DNA of 64,000 nt from Candidatus Azobacteroides sp. (GTDB taxonomy: Bacteria > Bacteroidota > Bacteroidia > Bacteroidales > WRGA01): NCBI GenBank assembly GCA_021201815.1, contig JAJQEC010000093.1, positions 15,989 through 79,988 of the forward strand, written 5' to 3'. Below the pieces are notes generated by a model, which searched no databases, was not told the DNA's origin, and worked only from the letters and a program-made list of their open reading frames with translations. The translations under genes were made by a program, and so were the position numbers. Below, piece after piece: positions 1 through 10,200 of this stretch; position 1 is the first letter of the stretch; each line of letters begins with the position of its first letter.

Positions 1-2765
1 CCTCCGGTACTGTAACTGATGGTATAATCCGTTCCTTCATAAAACTCCCGGCCTTCACTGTCATATACACGATCAATCAGCACTGTACGGCAATAAGGGG
101 AGCCACCATTCCAGGTGAATGAATTGACAACACCGTTAGGTCTGAATTCATTCGGAAAGATTTCTTCTGTCAATCCGGATATTCCATTGTTCATACTCAG
201 ATTTAAGATAACACCTGTTTTATATCCGGTTTGCCCGTTCTGCCAAAATACAAGATCAGAGGGGGTCGATGCATTGTTACCCTGGCTGGCAGGTGTCAAT
301 CTGTAATCCCATACAAAAAAGTTATCTGACCTTTCGTTACAATCCCATACTTCTCTTCCTTCCCGGTAAATTCCCAATTGCAGTAATTGCACCGCTGTCT
401 GTTGAGGCGGTAAATATTCCGTTGCCTGTGAAAGGAAAGTAACTTTAAGTTTTGTATTTTTAATAAGAGAAACTCCGTCGGCCAGAAGATAGGGGGTAAT
501 ATCCGTACGCAGGTGATGAGTGCCGTTTTCATAAAAAAGCTCAATATCATCTGTTGCGATAGTGATTTCTCTGCTCCATGCTTCCTCCGGCTTCTGATAT
601 TGAAGGATGGCTCCCTGCCCTTTGCTGAAATAAGGACGCGATGCTTCCTGGGAATTCATATAAAAGATATCCGCATAAAGAGGCTGTCCATCGTCGTTTT
701 TTACATCATCTCCGGCCACATAGGCATTGATCTCAAATTCTACATTGTCATACGGACCTGCTACATCCAGGTTTGCACCGGCCTCACGGGCTTCCTGCAG
801 AGAAGAAAAAGCATCGAAATTCTTGCTTTTAAATCCCAGGGTAGTACGTTCGGTCCTGTATCCATTGGCAATAATATAATCGCATTCGGTAGGAACGCGG
901 ACAATATATGTCAGAGGGACAGACGAGCAGCCATATATATAACTTTCATTTCCCCAGTTGAAAATATGGCTGATCTTTACATTTTTATTGACTGAATTGG
1001 ATGCGCTGGCAGCTTCTATGGTGAAGGTGTAGGTAATATCCGAAGTCATGGAAAGATAATTCCGGTTATAAAAAGTCAGGGTATTGGTGGATGCATGATA
1101 AGTAATATCCGAGGCAGCTACCGGAACATTATTAATCATTACCCCATGGACAGGTACATAGTTGAGATTTGAGGGAAGGACCAGTTCCACCAGGTTGCTT
1201 ACATTGCTTCTGCTTTTGAGTTGTGTTCCGTTCGGATATCCTAACCCTGCAGGAGATTCGGAAATCTTCAGGGTAGTTTGAGTACCACTTCCTGTTTCCG
1301 GATAATAAATGAGGTTCGGGGTGCCCAAGGAACTGAGCCAGCCGTTGAAGCCCAGGTTTTCTCCGTATATAGGGTTACTGGCGCTATGTAAGTATGTACA
1401 TCCGGGACGGCTGTAGTAAGTGTACCGCTGAATGTGGAAATTGTACAGGAAATTATTCGTCCCTTCCATACAATTGCCACTATATGTAAAATCATAATTC
1501 CACTCAACGGTTAGATAAATATATTCGGAAGTAGGAGCAAGGTCGTTGCAATACCCGTCTTCATCCGCAGCATAGAATCCTTTATAAGGCGTGGTAGCAG
1601 TATAATCTATTCTTACCTGATAATCATTTGTGTCAAAATAAGAATAACTGACAGGAGGAGCAGAAGCATCCCGTGTTCCGGAACCGTTTGAAAAATATAC
1701 ATCTTTTACTTTAATATGTAACGCTGTGGTACTGGCAGTATAAAGCATGTGGTACATATTTTTCGCAGTCACCCGATTCGGATTTGTAATCCTGATAATA
1801 AATTTCCCCGGAACATCCGGTCCGTTCGGCATGGTATAACTTGTATAGGTAATCAGGGAAGAGGGGAAAGGATCGGCAAAATTCACGTAGCTTTCCCCTG
1901 TATTTATTTTTACTTTTGTGCAACGATGGGTCGGGGTATAAATAAGTTTGGGCTGTATGGTAGGAGCATACATGTAACAGTATTCGTATCGTATCTTTTC
2001 CCTTATTCTCAATGTTTCCGTACTGCTTAAAATCGTATCTCCGTTTCCGGCTCTTTTTAAGTCTGCCGATGTAAAGGTATACTGGTAACTTAACCGGTCG
2101 GTTGCAATCTCTGCTTCTAATTCTATCCATCCGGTATTGGTAAGCATTTCTACCGACAGGATTCTGATAGAGGCATAGTTATTGGAATTCATATACTGTC
2201 CTTCTTCTGATGCCACATGCATGGTAAGGTCGCCTCCCATCAGGTAGCCCATTTCTTCATTCTGTTGTATGGTCCATTCCCGGTAAGCTTCCATAGAGGC
2301 CTGTATAACCGTGTCAGCAGGAGCCGTAAATACAAATACCGGATATTTGATGTTCGAAATGGGAGGCGAATAGCCTGTAATTAATAGCACATCGTCATTG
2401 CTGTAAAACTCATACCGTACCTGGTCTTCTTCTGCAATATCACATCCGGGTTTCATAAATACGGAGATATCCTTATTTTCTGTAAAACCGGTGAAGGATA
2501 TTTTTGTGCGGGTACTGTCCTGGGAAATAACACCGGCTGGATTGCTTCCGGTAATAGTCCAGTCCGAAGGGGCATATATCATTAAATAAGATTCGGCATA
2601 ATTTCCCGGAGCGAGAATAATGCTGAACTCCTGTGCTTCTCCTGATGGGATGATTGCTGAAGGATTGGAATACGGATCAATATATTGTGCCTTTCCTCCT
2701 ATACTGAAAGCTGCTATGAAGATACCGGTCCACAAGAGCCGTAAAAAGGTTTTTCTTCTTTTCAT
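1..2765 (-). CDS. Giant exported surface protein, N-terminal part (gene continues beyond left edge); paralog of 7224..12824
   Basis: ATG at 2765..2763. Hand translation MKRRKTFLRLLWTGIFIAAFSIGGKAQYIDPYSNPSAIIPSGEAQEF aligns with the N-terminus of the 1866-aa ORF. Nucleotide homology of 1..2765 to about 10080..12824. No same-frame ORF fragments in the track, consistent with an open frame running off the edge (edge-truncated ORFs are not listed). Confidence 0.8.
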   Translation of the reverse strand, partial: MKRRKTFLRLLWTGIFIAAFSIGGKAQYIDPYSNPSAIIPSGEAQEFSIILAPGNYAESYLMIYAPSDWTITGSNPAGVISQDSTRTKISFTGFTENKDISVFMKPGCDIAEEDQVRYEFYSNDDVLLITGYSPPISNIKYPVFVFTAPADTVIQASMEAYREWTIQQNEEMGYLMGGDLTMHVASEEGQYMNSNNYASIRILSVEMLTNTGWIELEAEIATDRLSYQYTFTSADLKRAGNGDTILSSTETLRIREKIRYEYCYMYAPTIQPKLIYTPTHRCTKVKINTGESYVNFADPFPSSLITYTSYTMPNGPDVPGKFIIRITNPNRVTAKNMYHMLYTASTTALHIKVKDVYFSNGSGTRDASAPPVSYSYFDTNDYQVRIDYTATTPYKGFYAADEDGYCNDLAPTSEYIYLTVEWNYDFTYSGNCMEGTNNFLYNFHIQRYTYYSRPGCTYLHSASNPIYGENLGFNGWLSSLGTPNLIYYPETGSGTQTTLKISESPAGLGYPNGTQLKSRSNVSNLVELVLPSNLNYVPVHGVMINNVPVAASDITYHASTNTLTFYNRNYLSMTSDITYTFTIEAASASNSVNKNVKISHIFNWGNESYIYGCSSVPLTYIVRVPTECDYIIANGYRTERTTLGFKSKNFDAFSSLQEAREAGANLDVAGPYDNVEFEINAYVAGDDVKNDDGQPLYADIFYMNSQEASRPYFSKGQGAILQYQKPEEAWSREITIATDDIELFYENGTHHLRTDITPYLLADGVSLIKNTKLKVTFLSQATEYLPPQQTAVQLLQLGIYREGREVWDCNERSDNFFVWDYRLTPASQGNNASTPSDLVFWQNGQTGYKTGVILNLSMNNGISGLTEEIFPNEFRPNGVVNSFTWNGGSPYCRTVLIDRVYDSEGREFYEGTDYTISYSTG

Positions 2766-2797
2766 ATACCTCGATGTATGGGTAAATAAATACAATT

Positions 2798-3193
2798 TTA
2801 TTCTTTGTCACAATAATTCCTTGTATGTCTGGTTTTGAACTGGTAGCCTATGTAGAGAAATGCCAGAACAAACAATACCGGAATACCGCTTTTAAGGGGA
2901 GTAGGTCTTACCTGTCCTCCCGGATTATAATTGTTATTATCTCCGTCCGGATTTGTCGGAGGTGCACTTAAAGGATCATCCTTATCTTTTTCGAATGAAA
3001 AAGTTTCGGCTTCCCGGAACAGAGTATTTTCTTTAAAAACCTCTTTATCCCTTCCGGAAGGGACTCGCTGGTGTGATTTTTCCCATGTGCTTTCCGGAAA
3101 TTGAGGTGACTTGTAATCGGCCAAAAGAGAGAAAGGGATTAAAGCCACTATCAAAAAAACAGAAAGATGGTGAATCACCTGACTCTTCCACAT
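2798..3193 (-). CDS. Small exported/bitopic protein with N-terminal hydrophobic segment and C-terminal PGG-motif + TM + basic tail; paralog of 12842..13258
   Basis: 131-aa ORF. Aligns with the 138-aa ORF over LFR..E.F..EKD.DP..SAPPT.PDGD.NNY.PGG followed by a hydrophobic stretch and a basic tail. Lies 32 nt upstream of the giant gene start. Confidence 0.7.
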   Translation of the reverse strand: MWKSQVIHHLSVFLIVALIPFSLLADYKSPQFPESTWEKSHQRVPSGRDKEVFKENTLFREAETFSFEKDKDDPLSAPPTNPDGDNNNYNPGGQVRPTPLKSGIPVLFVLAFLYIGYQFKTRHTRNYCDKE

Positions 3194-3461
3194 AATTGTT
3201 CTTTTTAAATAAGTGGTACTATAGCACGTATGTACATAATTGACGATCGTATTTTCGTCAGAGTAGTGGCATCAATTCAGTAAAAAGTTATTAACAGTCA
3301 GTTGTGGCTGGCTTTTTCTTTTAACTTTCCTACTATTTTTCCTTTCCTCAGGAAGCGGATTACCTTATGGCCTCATCGGTTCCTTGCGAAAACCTTCAAC
3401 AAAGTTGATGTATAAAAAAAGAAGAAGAATTAAAAAATTAAAAACTCTTTAAATTGATGAT

Positions 3462-3500
3462 ATTTCCATCAGGTAACAGATAAGGAATCCTGATGGAAAT
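3462..3500 (-). terminator. Hairpin downstream of 3553..4833 (12-bp perfect stem atttccatcagg / cctgatggaaat)
   Basis: Perfect inverted repeat read directly; followed on the minus strand by a moderately T-rich stretch. Confidence 0.45.
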
Positions 3501-3552
3501 GATTATCCCCATGCTTAACGCATGTGCTGCATTGTTTTTTCGGGCAGGATCG

Positions 3553-4833
3553 TTATCTGTTGATTGCTTTCCGGATTTCTGTTTCTTTTCCTGTAGTTAA
3601 TTTAATGATGTATACACCTTGTTGCCAGTTTTCTGCATTGATCTTCAAATTGCTACTCCTTTCCGTAGCGTTATAAATTTGTTTTCCTGAAAGATCATAT
3701 ACAGAAACAAGAGACAAAGCATTTCCCGTTTTTTCGATAATGAGTTGCCGGTCGGAGAACCAGGCAGCCATCTCTTTTCCCGTTTCTTCATGGATTCCTA
3801 CCGTCGGATCTTTCCTAAGGGTCGTCCGGTATTTTAAGGTCAGGTAATTATGGTTATATCTGTTTTCATCGTTCCCGTAGCTACCGGGTTCCTGTTCAAA
3901 GGCCGTGTTGACTTTGAATAGATTGTGTGTTATTTCGCAGGTTACTGTTTTTTTGATTAATGAAGGATTGATAAATTCGAAATGCCCTTTTCCATCTGTC
4001 GTATAATCTGTGTTTTCTTTAAGTTCCTCTTCGTTTTCGTTTTTCCAGATATATTCTGTCGAGCCGAAATGATGGGAACTATTGTTCCACATCAATCCTT
4101 CCACATCGTCGAAGTAGTAATCCGTATGCAGGTCAATGATTTCCCCTATATGGTTTCCTGCCGGATTAATAGAATCCTGCTGGCCGGAACAAAAATACTG
4201 ATTGACAAAAGTCTCCTTGTTCTCCACAATTACTTTAGGCATTTTATTGAATGTAAGTTTATTGCCCATGCAATTCAGGTAGGGTACTGTTACTCCTTTC
4301 TGGTAAGGAAGATACTCACCTTTTTCAATACCGGTAAGAATAAACTCTTCCAACACGGAGGTGGCAGTGCCGGGACTTACGACTTCTGCATGATGAAGGT
4401 TGGTAGCGTTGAGAGTAATGGAAGAAATCCGGTTATTATCCGACATGCGGAATTCAAATTTTTTCAGTTCACTGCATGCGCTCAGGTCCAGTTTACCAGA
4501 AAATCCTCCTATGCCGCTTCCGCCACCCCATGCAATTTCGGAAATGCGACCTGTATCATTAAATTTGACTCCATCCAGGATGCTGAGCAGGATATTCTGA
4601 TTTTCCAGATCCTTCGGCGCGAACGCGTTGCTCTTGTGCATAGCATGGAAGTTGTAAGTAAATCCATTGTCCTTATTGCTTTGGAGCTCCAGGTGGCAAG
4701 GTTGAAGGAGGAATTCTTTCAGTTGCGCCAATTCCTCTTCGTTGTAGTTTTGTGCCTGTGTCTTTATGGATGGAAAAGAGAAAAGAAACAGGGAGAGTAT
4801 ACAAAACGACATCTTTTTGTACAGATAATTCAT
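3553..4833 (-). CDS. LRR-like exported protein with T9SS C-terminal sorting domain (cassette A)
   Basis: 426-aa ORF with signal peptide MNYLYKKMSFCILSLFLFSFPSIKTQAQ. Leucine-rich segments (LDLSACSELKKFEFRMSDNNRISSITLNATNL). C-terminus LVSVYDLSGKQIY...GVYIIKLTTGKETEIRKAINR is typical of T9SS type-A CTDs. Confidence 0.8.
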   Translation of the reverse strand: MNYLYKKMSFCILSLFLFSFPSIKTQAQNYNEEELAQLKEFLLQPCHLELQSNKDNGFTYNFHAMHKSNAFAPKDLENQNILLSILDGVKFNDTGRISEIAWGGGSGIGGFSGKLDLSACSELKKFEFRMSDNNRISSITLNATNLHHAEVVSPGTATSVLEEFILTGIEKGEYLPYQKGVTVPYLNCMGNKLTFNKMPKVIVENKETFVNQYFCSGQQDSINPAGNHIGEIIDLHTDYYFDDVEGLMWNNSSHHFGSTEYIWKNENEEELKENTDYTTDGKGHFEFINPSLIKKTVTCEITHNLFKVNTAFEQEPGSYGNDENRYNHNYLTLKYRTTLRKDPTVGIHEETGKEMAAWFSDRQLIIEKTGNALSLVSVYDLSGKQIYNATERSSNLKINAENWQQGVYIIKLTTGKETEIRKAINR

Positions 4834-5820
4834 ATTAGATTTAATTTATTAGTGGGTTGTGTTAATTGTGGGCAGATTAACAAGCAGATGCCTCCGGAAG
4901 TTGCTGCGCTGATTTTTTCCTGATGGCAACCTGCTGCATGGATTGTATAAAAAGGGTAATTTGATTTGTAGTCCGGTTAATTATCCGGTTCATGATATTT
5001 CCCGACATTTCTTCAACGGAATCCGATCGGAATATCTTTTGTTCGGCCTGAGAGTTTTGTTTTCTTGTGGTGAAAAAGGAGAAAGAGACCGGGAGAGGCA
5101 GGATGTTTTTCTGCGTATCTGTGTTAACCGCCAATTTATTAGCAGGTAAAACATAAGAACCGACTGTCTTATCCTGTAAGGAAATCATAGTACCAAACCC
5201 CTTTAGAGAAATTTTATGGAAATAAATAATTAACCGGGAGCAAAATTAAATAAATAATAATAATAAGTGCAAATTTTACTGTTTTATTTTTGTTAAAAGC
5301 ATTTTTTTTATTGTTTGCTTGGTGAAAAGCGCATCTAATAGAGGGTTTATAGAAGACAATTGAAAACCACATGTAATTTATTCGGATTTTTATATTTCCT
5401 GTATGTACCTTATAAAGTAAAAGCGAAAGATGTATATGCTTAAATTTAAAGGGAATAAATTCGTAAGAAGAAACTTTTTGTCTATTTCTATTTTGCTGTT
5501 TAGTTATTGGATAGAAAGAAAGGAAGAAAACATTTTTTTAAGGACAGGCTTCATGAATCTTAATATTATACTATATTTTTCGCATATTTTGTTCTGTTGT
5601 TTTGATTTTGTTGTTTGTATGAATATGATAAGTTGCCTTGTAGTAATATTTACAAAATTAGTAACGGTTCGTTCTGTTTGCTTATCATATAAAGCCAGTA
5701 TGTATCAACATTAGGGGATTAAAGATAAATGGCTTTAGGGAGTAGAAGATCAATAGCCTATCAGTTTATAAGACAAATACATTTCCGGTTTCCTCGAAGT
5801 AAGTTTTTAAGACACTAAAA

Positions 5821-5859
5821 AATAAAGGAACACAATTTATATTTTTGCGTTCCTTTATT
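5821..5859 (-). terminator. Bidirectional-looking hairpin terminator after the giant gene (11-bp perfect stem aataaaggaac / gttcctttatt)
   Basis: Perfect inverted repeat 42 nt downstream of the stop at 5901; T-runs on both sides. Confidence 0.55.
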
Positions 5860-5900
5860 CTTTTGCGGTTTTCCTGTTTTCTACTTTTCCGTCATTTTCT

Positions 5901-7223
5901 TTATGGTTTTATCAGCATCTTTTTTATGAGTAGGTTGTGCTGTGTCTGTACCTGTATAATTACAATCTGTTCCTGGCAGTCCCTTAAGCGGAATGAAAAA
6001 GTTTCTTCATGGATACCGGGGATGTATTCCAGCGGCTGCCCCTGCAGGTTGTACACCCGCACCTGCTTTACCGGGTCGCCCTGGCTGTGGATGTTTACCT
6101 GGCACCTGTCGGTGTACATGTAGAAATCATTCCCCTCCTCTGTTTCCTCCAGGGAGGTGTGGTGCTCTATCATCCTCAGGTAGAAGCGTCCCTCCGGTAT
6201 ATTCCCGGATAGGTTGGTAAAGGTGTATTGTGGGTTTCGTTTCAGGTTCTGCATTACCCTTTTCTCCGTATCTTCCAGGTACAGGGTGATCCCTTCCTCC
6301 CACTCATTCAGCCCGTTTGCTTTTAGGGTAAGCAATTCCCCTTTCTTACTGGTGCGCACAGCCAGGGGCACCGGCCGGTGTATTTCCCCGACCGTGTGTA
6401 TGGACACCCCTCTTTTCTCCCCCTGCTCCTCAGTGATAGCATAGAGGATGATGGAGGTCTCCTCAGCCAGGAAGAGGGTGTACTGGTCCTTTTCCTTGTG
6501 GAAGTCATTTGGCATTCCTTCACGCAACAGCAGTGTGATGGCGCTCTCGCGGTTACTCAGGCTGGAAAGTTCGATGTTGACGCTTTCCCCTGTGGTAGCT
6601 GCCCTTAACTTGCTCTTAGGGCTGGTCATTGCCATGGCCGGTGTGATGGCCAGGCTGCCGAATGTGGCCGGGTCCGGCTGCTTGACTACGATAAAGGATT
6701 GCATGGGCGGTATGGTGGCATTCCCGGCCAGTGTGCTCAGGTGGTCCATGCCGCTTAAGAGCTTGACCGCTTCAAAGAAACCGCCGGAAGCATTGTCCGC
6801 CCAGATGTAAAAGTCACTGGTGATCATGGCTGCGTTTGCCTGCTGAAAAGTCCTCAAATCCAGGTGTGACATGAACGGGTTTCCCACCAGTGCTGTGGGT
6901 GCCAGCACATCATCCACATAGGTTTCCATAGAGAAGTTTCCGGTTGCCGGGTCGTAGGAAGGCAGCCCCTCGTAAGTAAACCTGCTCCTGAGCGAATCCC
7001 CATCTGCCACGTGTTTACGTTCCAGCTCCACTTTCCATGGCTGTCCGGTGTACGGGTGGTCTGCAATGCCCCCTGTCTTGTCGTTCACCTGGTTGTCCTC
7101 ATCCAGCCCGTAGTAATAGTTGTACTCGTTTTCGGCCCTTGGGAATGTGAAGCGTGCCTTGTTGTCCGCCGGTGGCATGAGCCCAGAATATCCGCCTGCT
7201 CCCATGTGCGTTTCCAGGTCCAC
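5901..7223 (-). CDS. C-terminal 440-codon segment of the giant surface protein, carrying the T9SS C-terminal sorting domain; same frame as 7224..12824, separated only by TGA
   Basis: The track ORF starts at a GTG that is the codon immediately after the TGA at 7226..7224. Ends ...VRVYNLQGQPLEYIPG...IVIIQVQTQHNLLIKKMLIKP (CTD-like). No signal peptide of its own. Confidence 0.75.
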   Translation of the reverse strand: MDLETHMGAGGYSGLMPPADNKARFTFPRAENEYNYYYGLDEDNQVNDKTGGIADHPYTGQPWKVELERKHVADGDSLRSRFTYEGLPSYDPATGNFSMETYVDDVLAPTALVGNPFMSHLDLRTFQQANAAMITSDFYIWADNASGGFFEAVKLLSGMDHLSTLAGNATIPPMQSFIVVKQPDPATFGSLAITPAMAMTSPKSKLRAATTGESVNIELSSLSNRESAITLLLREGMPNDFHKEKDQYTLFLAEETSIILYAITEEQGEKRGVSIHTVGEIHRPVPLAVRTSKKGELLTLKANGLNEWEEGITLYLEDTEKRVMQNLKRNPQYTFTNLSGNIPEGRFYLRMIEHHTSLEETEEGNDFYMYTDRCQVNIHSQGDPVKQVRVYNLQGQPLEYIPGIHEETFSFRLRDCQEQIVIIQVQTQHNLLIKKMLIKP

Positions 7224-10200
7224 TCATACCACAAGTCCTTTTCCTGTCTGCATGGGTTCCTCCAGGAGGTTGAACGGCATGGACCAGTAATAGGTGGCAT
7301 TGTAGTACTTCTCATTCTGTGGGTTTGCCATGCGGTAGTACATCCAGTATACGTGCGGGGTGCGTCCCCATGCGGAAGCGTTGGGGTTGTAGCCGTTGAC
7401 ATAATAGTCGCCGGTGTACATGTAACGCAGCGGGGAAGCGAGCATGTTCCACCTGTCGGGATCGAGCGTGAGGTTCACTTTGGCGGCATTGTAGTCGAGC
7501 AGGTGTGTCCTTGCTACTTCTGCACCGTGCATAAACTCAATGGTATCGCATCGTGCTGCGTTTTCATCCGTTAAGGGCAAATCAAGGACAGGATAGTGAT
7601 CCGCCTGCTCCGGAATGGTCACATAGGTACATTTTCCCGGTATCCCGTTGTTCCAGTTTTCCGTGTCTTCCCAGTTGCTACCGGCTATCCCTGTCCATTC
7701 GCTTCTTGCCGGGTCGATGTACACCTGCACGTACAGCTCCTGCGGGGTACAACCTGCGGTTGCTGCCGGGTCCCTGTCCAGGGTCAGTTTCAGGGTTTGC
7801 GTCTGCATCCCCCCGTTCAGGCTGGCATCCAGCGGATAGGTATAAGTTGTCTGTGGGTCAGCCGGGTCTGAGAACTGCCCGCTCCCGGGCGTTGACCATG
7901 TGTACCCGTAATTGCCGATGGCCGGGTCTCCGATGGCCAGCGCGCTTCCCTGGCACATGCGGTATTGTGTGGTTGCCAGCTCATAGGTGACCTCCTTTTT
8001 GACAAAGGCGCTGTCGCAGAGGAAGCGGTTGATCCCGCTCTGGCATGGCATTACGAGCATCAGGTGGCAGGTCTCATCGGCGGAAAGGGTTTCGATAATG
8101 ATTTCCAGGTCCGCCTGGTCCCCCGATACGAGATCCAGTGTGAAGAGCGGGGCGGAGAGCAGCTGTGTATCCTCTTCATCATATACCCCGTTTTGATTGG
8201 CATCCTTATACAGGTAGCATTCCGCCCCCTGCATATCATGCACCCCGTTGTTTTTCACAGAAGCATTTATCTTTAACCTTCCGGCATTCGCTTCATAATC
8301 ATAATACTCTGTGAATTGCACGCTGTCGGCAAGGAGCTCGAGGTTGTACTTTTCCAGGGTGAAGGTGTACAAGGTGGAAAGGGTGGAGTAATCCAGCTTG
8401 CAGGGCTCGGGATCTGCCGGGTCACAGAACATCTCGATGTTCACCACGCTACCTATCTCAATATTGTAAGTGCCGCAGTTCCAAGCCTGTGGGTTTACGA
8501 TCCTCACATCCAGCTCGAACTCGTATGCCGTCGGGTTGTCTTCGGTATTGTTGAAATTAGCCCGGTAGAGGTTCCTTGAGTAAACGAAGCTGGAAGTAGC
8601 GCCCCCGCTGCCGCTACCGCCTGTCCTTTCGAAGCGGTTTACCCCGCCCGGGAGCAGCTCCATGTTTTCAGGCAGTCGAAGTGTTGCCTGCCCTTCTACG
8701 TTCGATTTTGTTGTCTGGTAGGTGAATACCCCCTTTAGTTTGAAGGTGCCGTCCGCTTCTTCCAGGTAAGAATATACGGGCCCTGTGCTGTTGTCCTTTG
8801 CCTTTTCCATGGAGAAGGAGGTAAGCTGGGATTGCGGGTTGTCGTTCTCGTCATATCCCGAGAGGCGTATATTGCCTGTTGCCACGTTCTTTTGCTCTGT
8901 GAGTTCGCACATGCTGGTTCCTATCACATCCATGTACACGGGAAGGCCGAAGAGGAAATCGCACAAGGGGGAAATGGTGAAGTTTACCACGATGTTATCC
9001 CCGGCTTCATCCCTTGGTGCCAGTTGCACGGAGGCAGGCAGTTTGATAAGGATAAAGCTTTCCTGGGAATCGTCAATCAGCCAGGTATCGTCGTATGGGT
9101 AAGTGACCCCATCCTGTGTATAGGAGATGGAGGTTGCCGGGTCTTCAAGCACCAGTGCGCTTGCCGCATCCCTTGCCACCTTTAGCTGCAGGTCCCCTGC
9201 CGGAGCATAGAGGTTGTTTTGGAAGGTGACGGCAAAGGGTGCGGGCTCGCAAAGCACGAATTTCCCGTCCGCATCCATCCCTGCGCTTTCATCCACCGTG
9301 CCGGAGAAGTCCATCATGTAAAAGGTACCGGACAGAGACAGGGTAGGGTAATCCTGGAAACAGTTCGTATAGTTATACTGGGAAAATCCGGTGTAAGGAT
9401 CATCCGGGTAAGAAATTGAACTTACTGCAAATTTTGCATTCAGATGTACTATGTTGTTTATCCTGCAATCCTGCTGTTTGCCTTTCAGGAGAAAGTCTGC
9501 CGTAGAATTTGCGTTTGCTGCATATTCCCCTTCTATTTCTCCTATTTTTATCCAGTAGGACCGGTATCCGGGACGTCCGGCATATTCCTCGAAGGGGGCA
9601 TCGACTTTTACCTCCTGCCCTGCTGTGACCCGGTAGAGTTCAAATTCCTCTATCTCCCCTTCGCTTACCTCGAGCATCAGGTAAGTATAAGGCATTTTAT
9701 AATCAGGGCCATCCGGATTGCTGGCATAGGCCCATTGAGAACCGTTGTTCAATGTGAGTGGCCAGTTGAAAGTCCCGTCCGATGAGGTATGTGAGGAAGC
9801 AGTAGTAGTTGTGGTAATATACCATCGGGAATGGGAAAAAGGATAAAGGTTTACACTATATCTGCTGCTTCTGGTAGGATTTTCAGAAGTGGGATATTTT
9901 GTTATATACAGATCGGTTATTGAACAAACAGTGGTGCTGGTTGTTATGCACACTCCCCGTAATTCTGCAAATATATAGTACGTATGGACTCCTTCTTCCC
10001 CTGCGGAAGTATCATCGGCTTCGTTGTAATATTCCCCGGTATATGCGTTCAGGCCCTCATGGAAAGTAACAATGGTACCGGTCGGTTGATGGGTAACAGT
10101 ATAATCCGTGCCTTCATAAAACTCCCGGCCTTCACTGTCGTACATCCGGTCAATGTCTATGGTCCAGTAGGTGATACCGGTACCTGCCCCATTCCATACG

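Noticed and set aside
3982-4923. 313-aa plus-strand ORF antisense to the cassette-A LRR gene (and similar long antisense ORFs at 513..995, 7011..7574, 10584..11282, 13656..14195)
   Set aside because: All are in the codon-aligned antisense frame of a clearly coding gene, where stops arise only from sense TTA, CTA or TCA codons, which these genes avoid. The translations are Cys/Phe/Ile-rich nonsense without protein-like features. The absence of TTA/CTA/TCA over 284 codons of 3553..4833 is notable, but it is better explained by foreign codon usage.
4877-5188. 103-aa minus-strand ORF upstream of the cassette-A LRR gene (and 5430..5714 on the plus strand) as genes
   Set aside because: Only patchy nucleotide-level similarity to the cassette-B leader, no conserved reading frame between the two copies, and low-complexity AT-rich sequence. 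More likely leader or promoter DNA.
7224-7226. Selenocysteine insertion at the in-frame TGA codons (7224, 14331)
   Set aside because: The 14331 TGA aligns with Arg, not Cys, in the paralog. I see no convincing SECIS-like hairpin right after either TGA. No sel genes are in the window, and large secreted adhesin-like proteins are not known selenoproteins. This cannot be fully excluded without a genome-wide check for selA/selB/selC.
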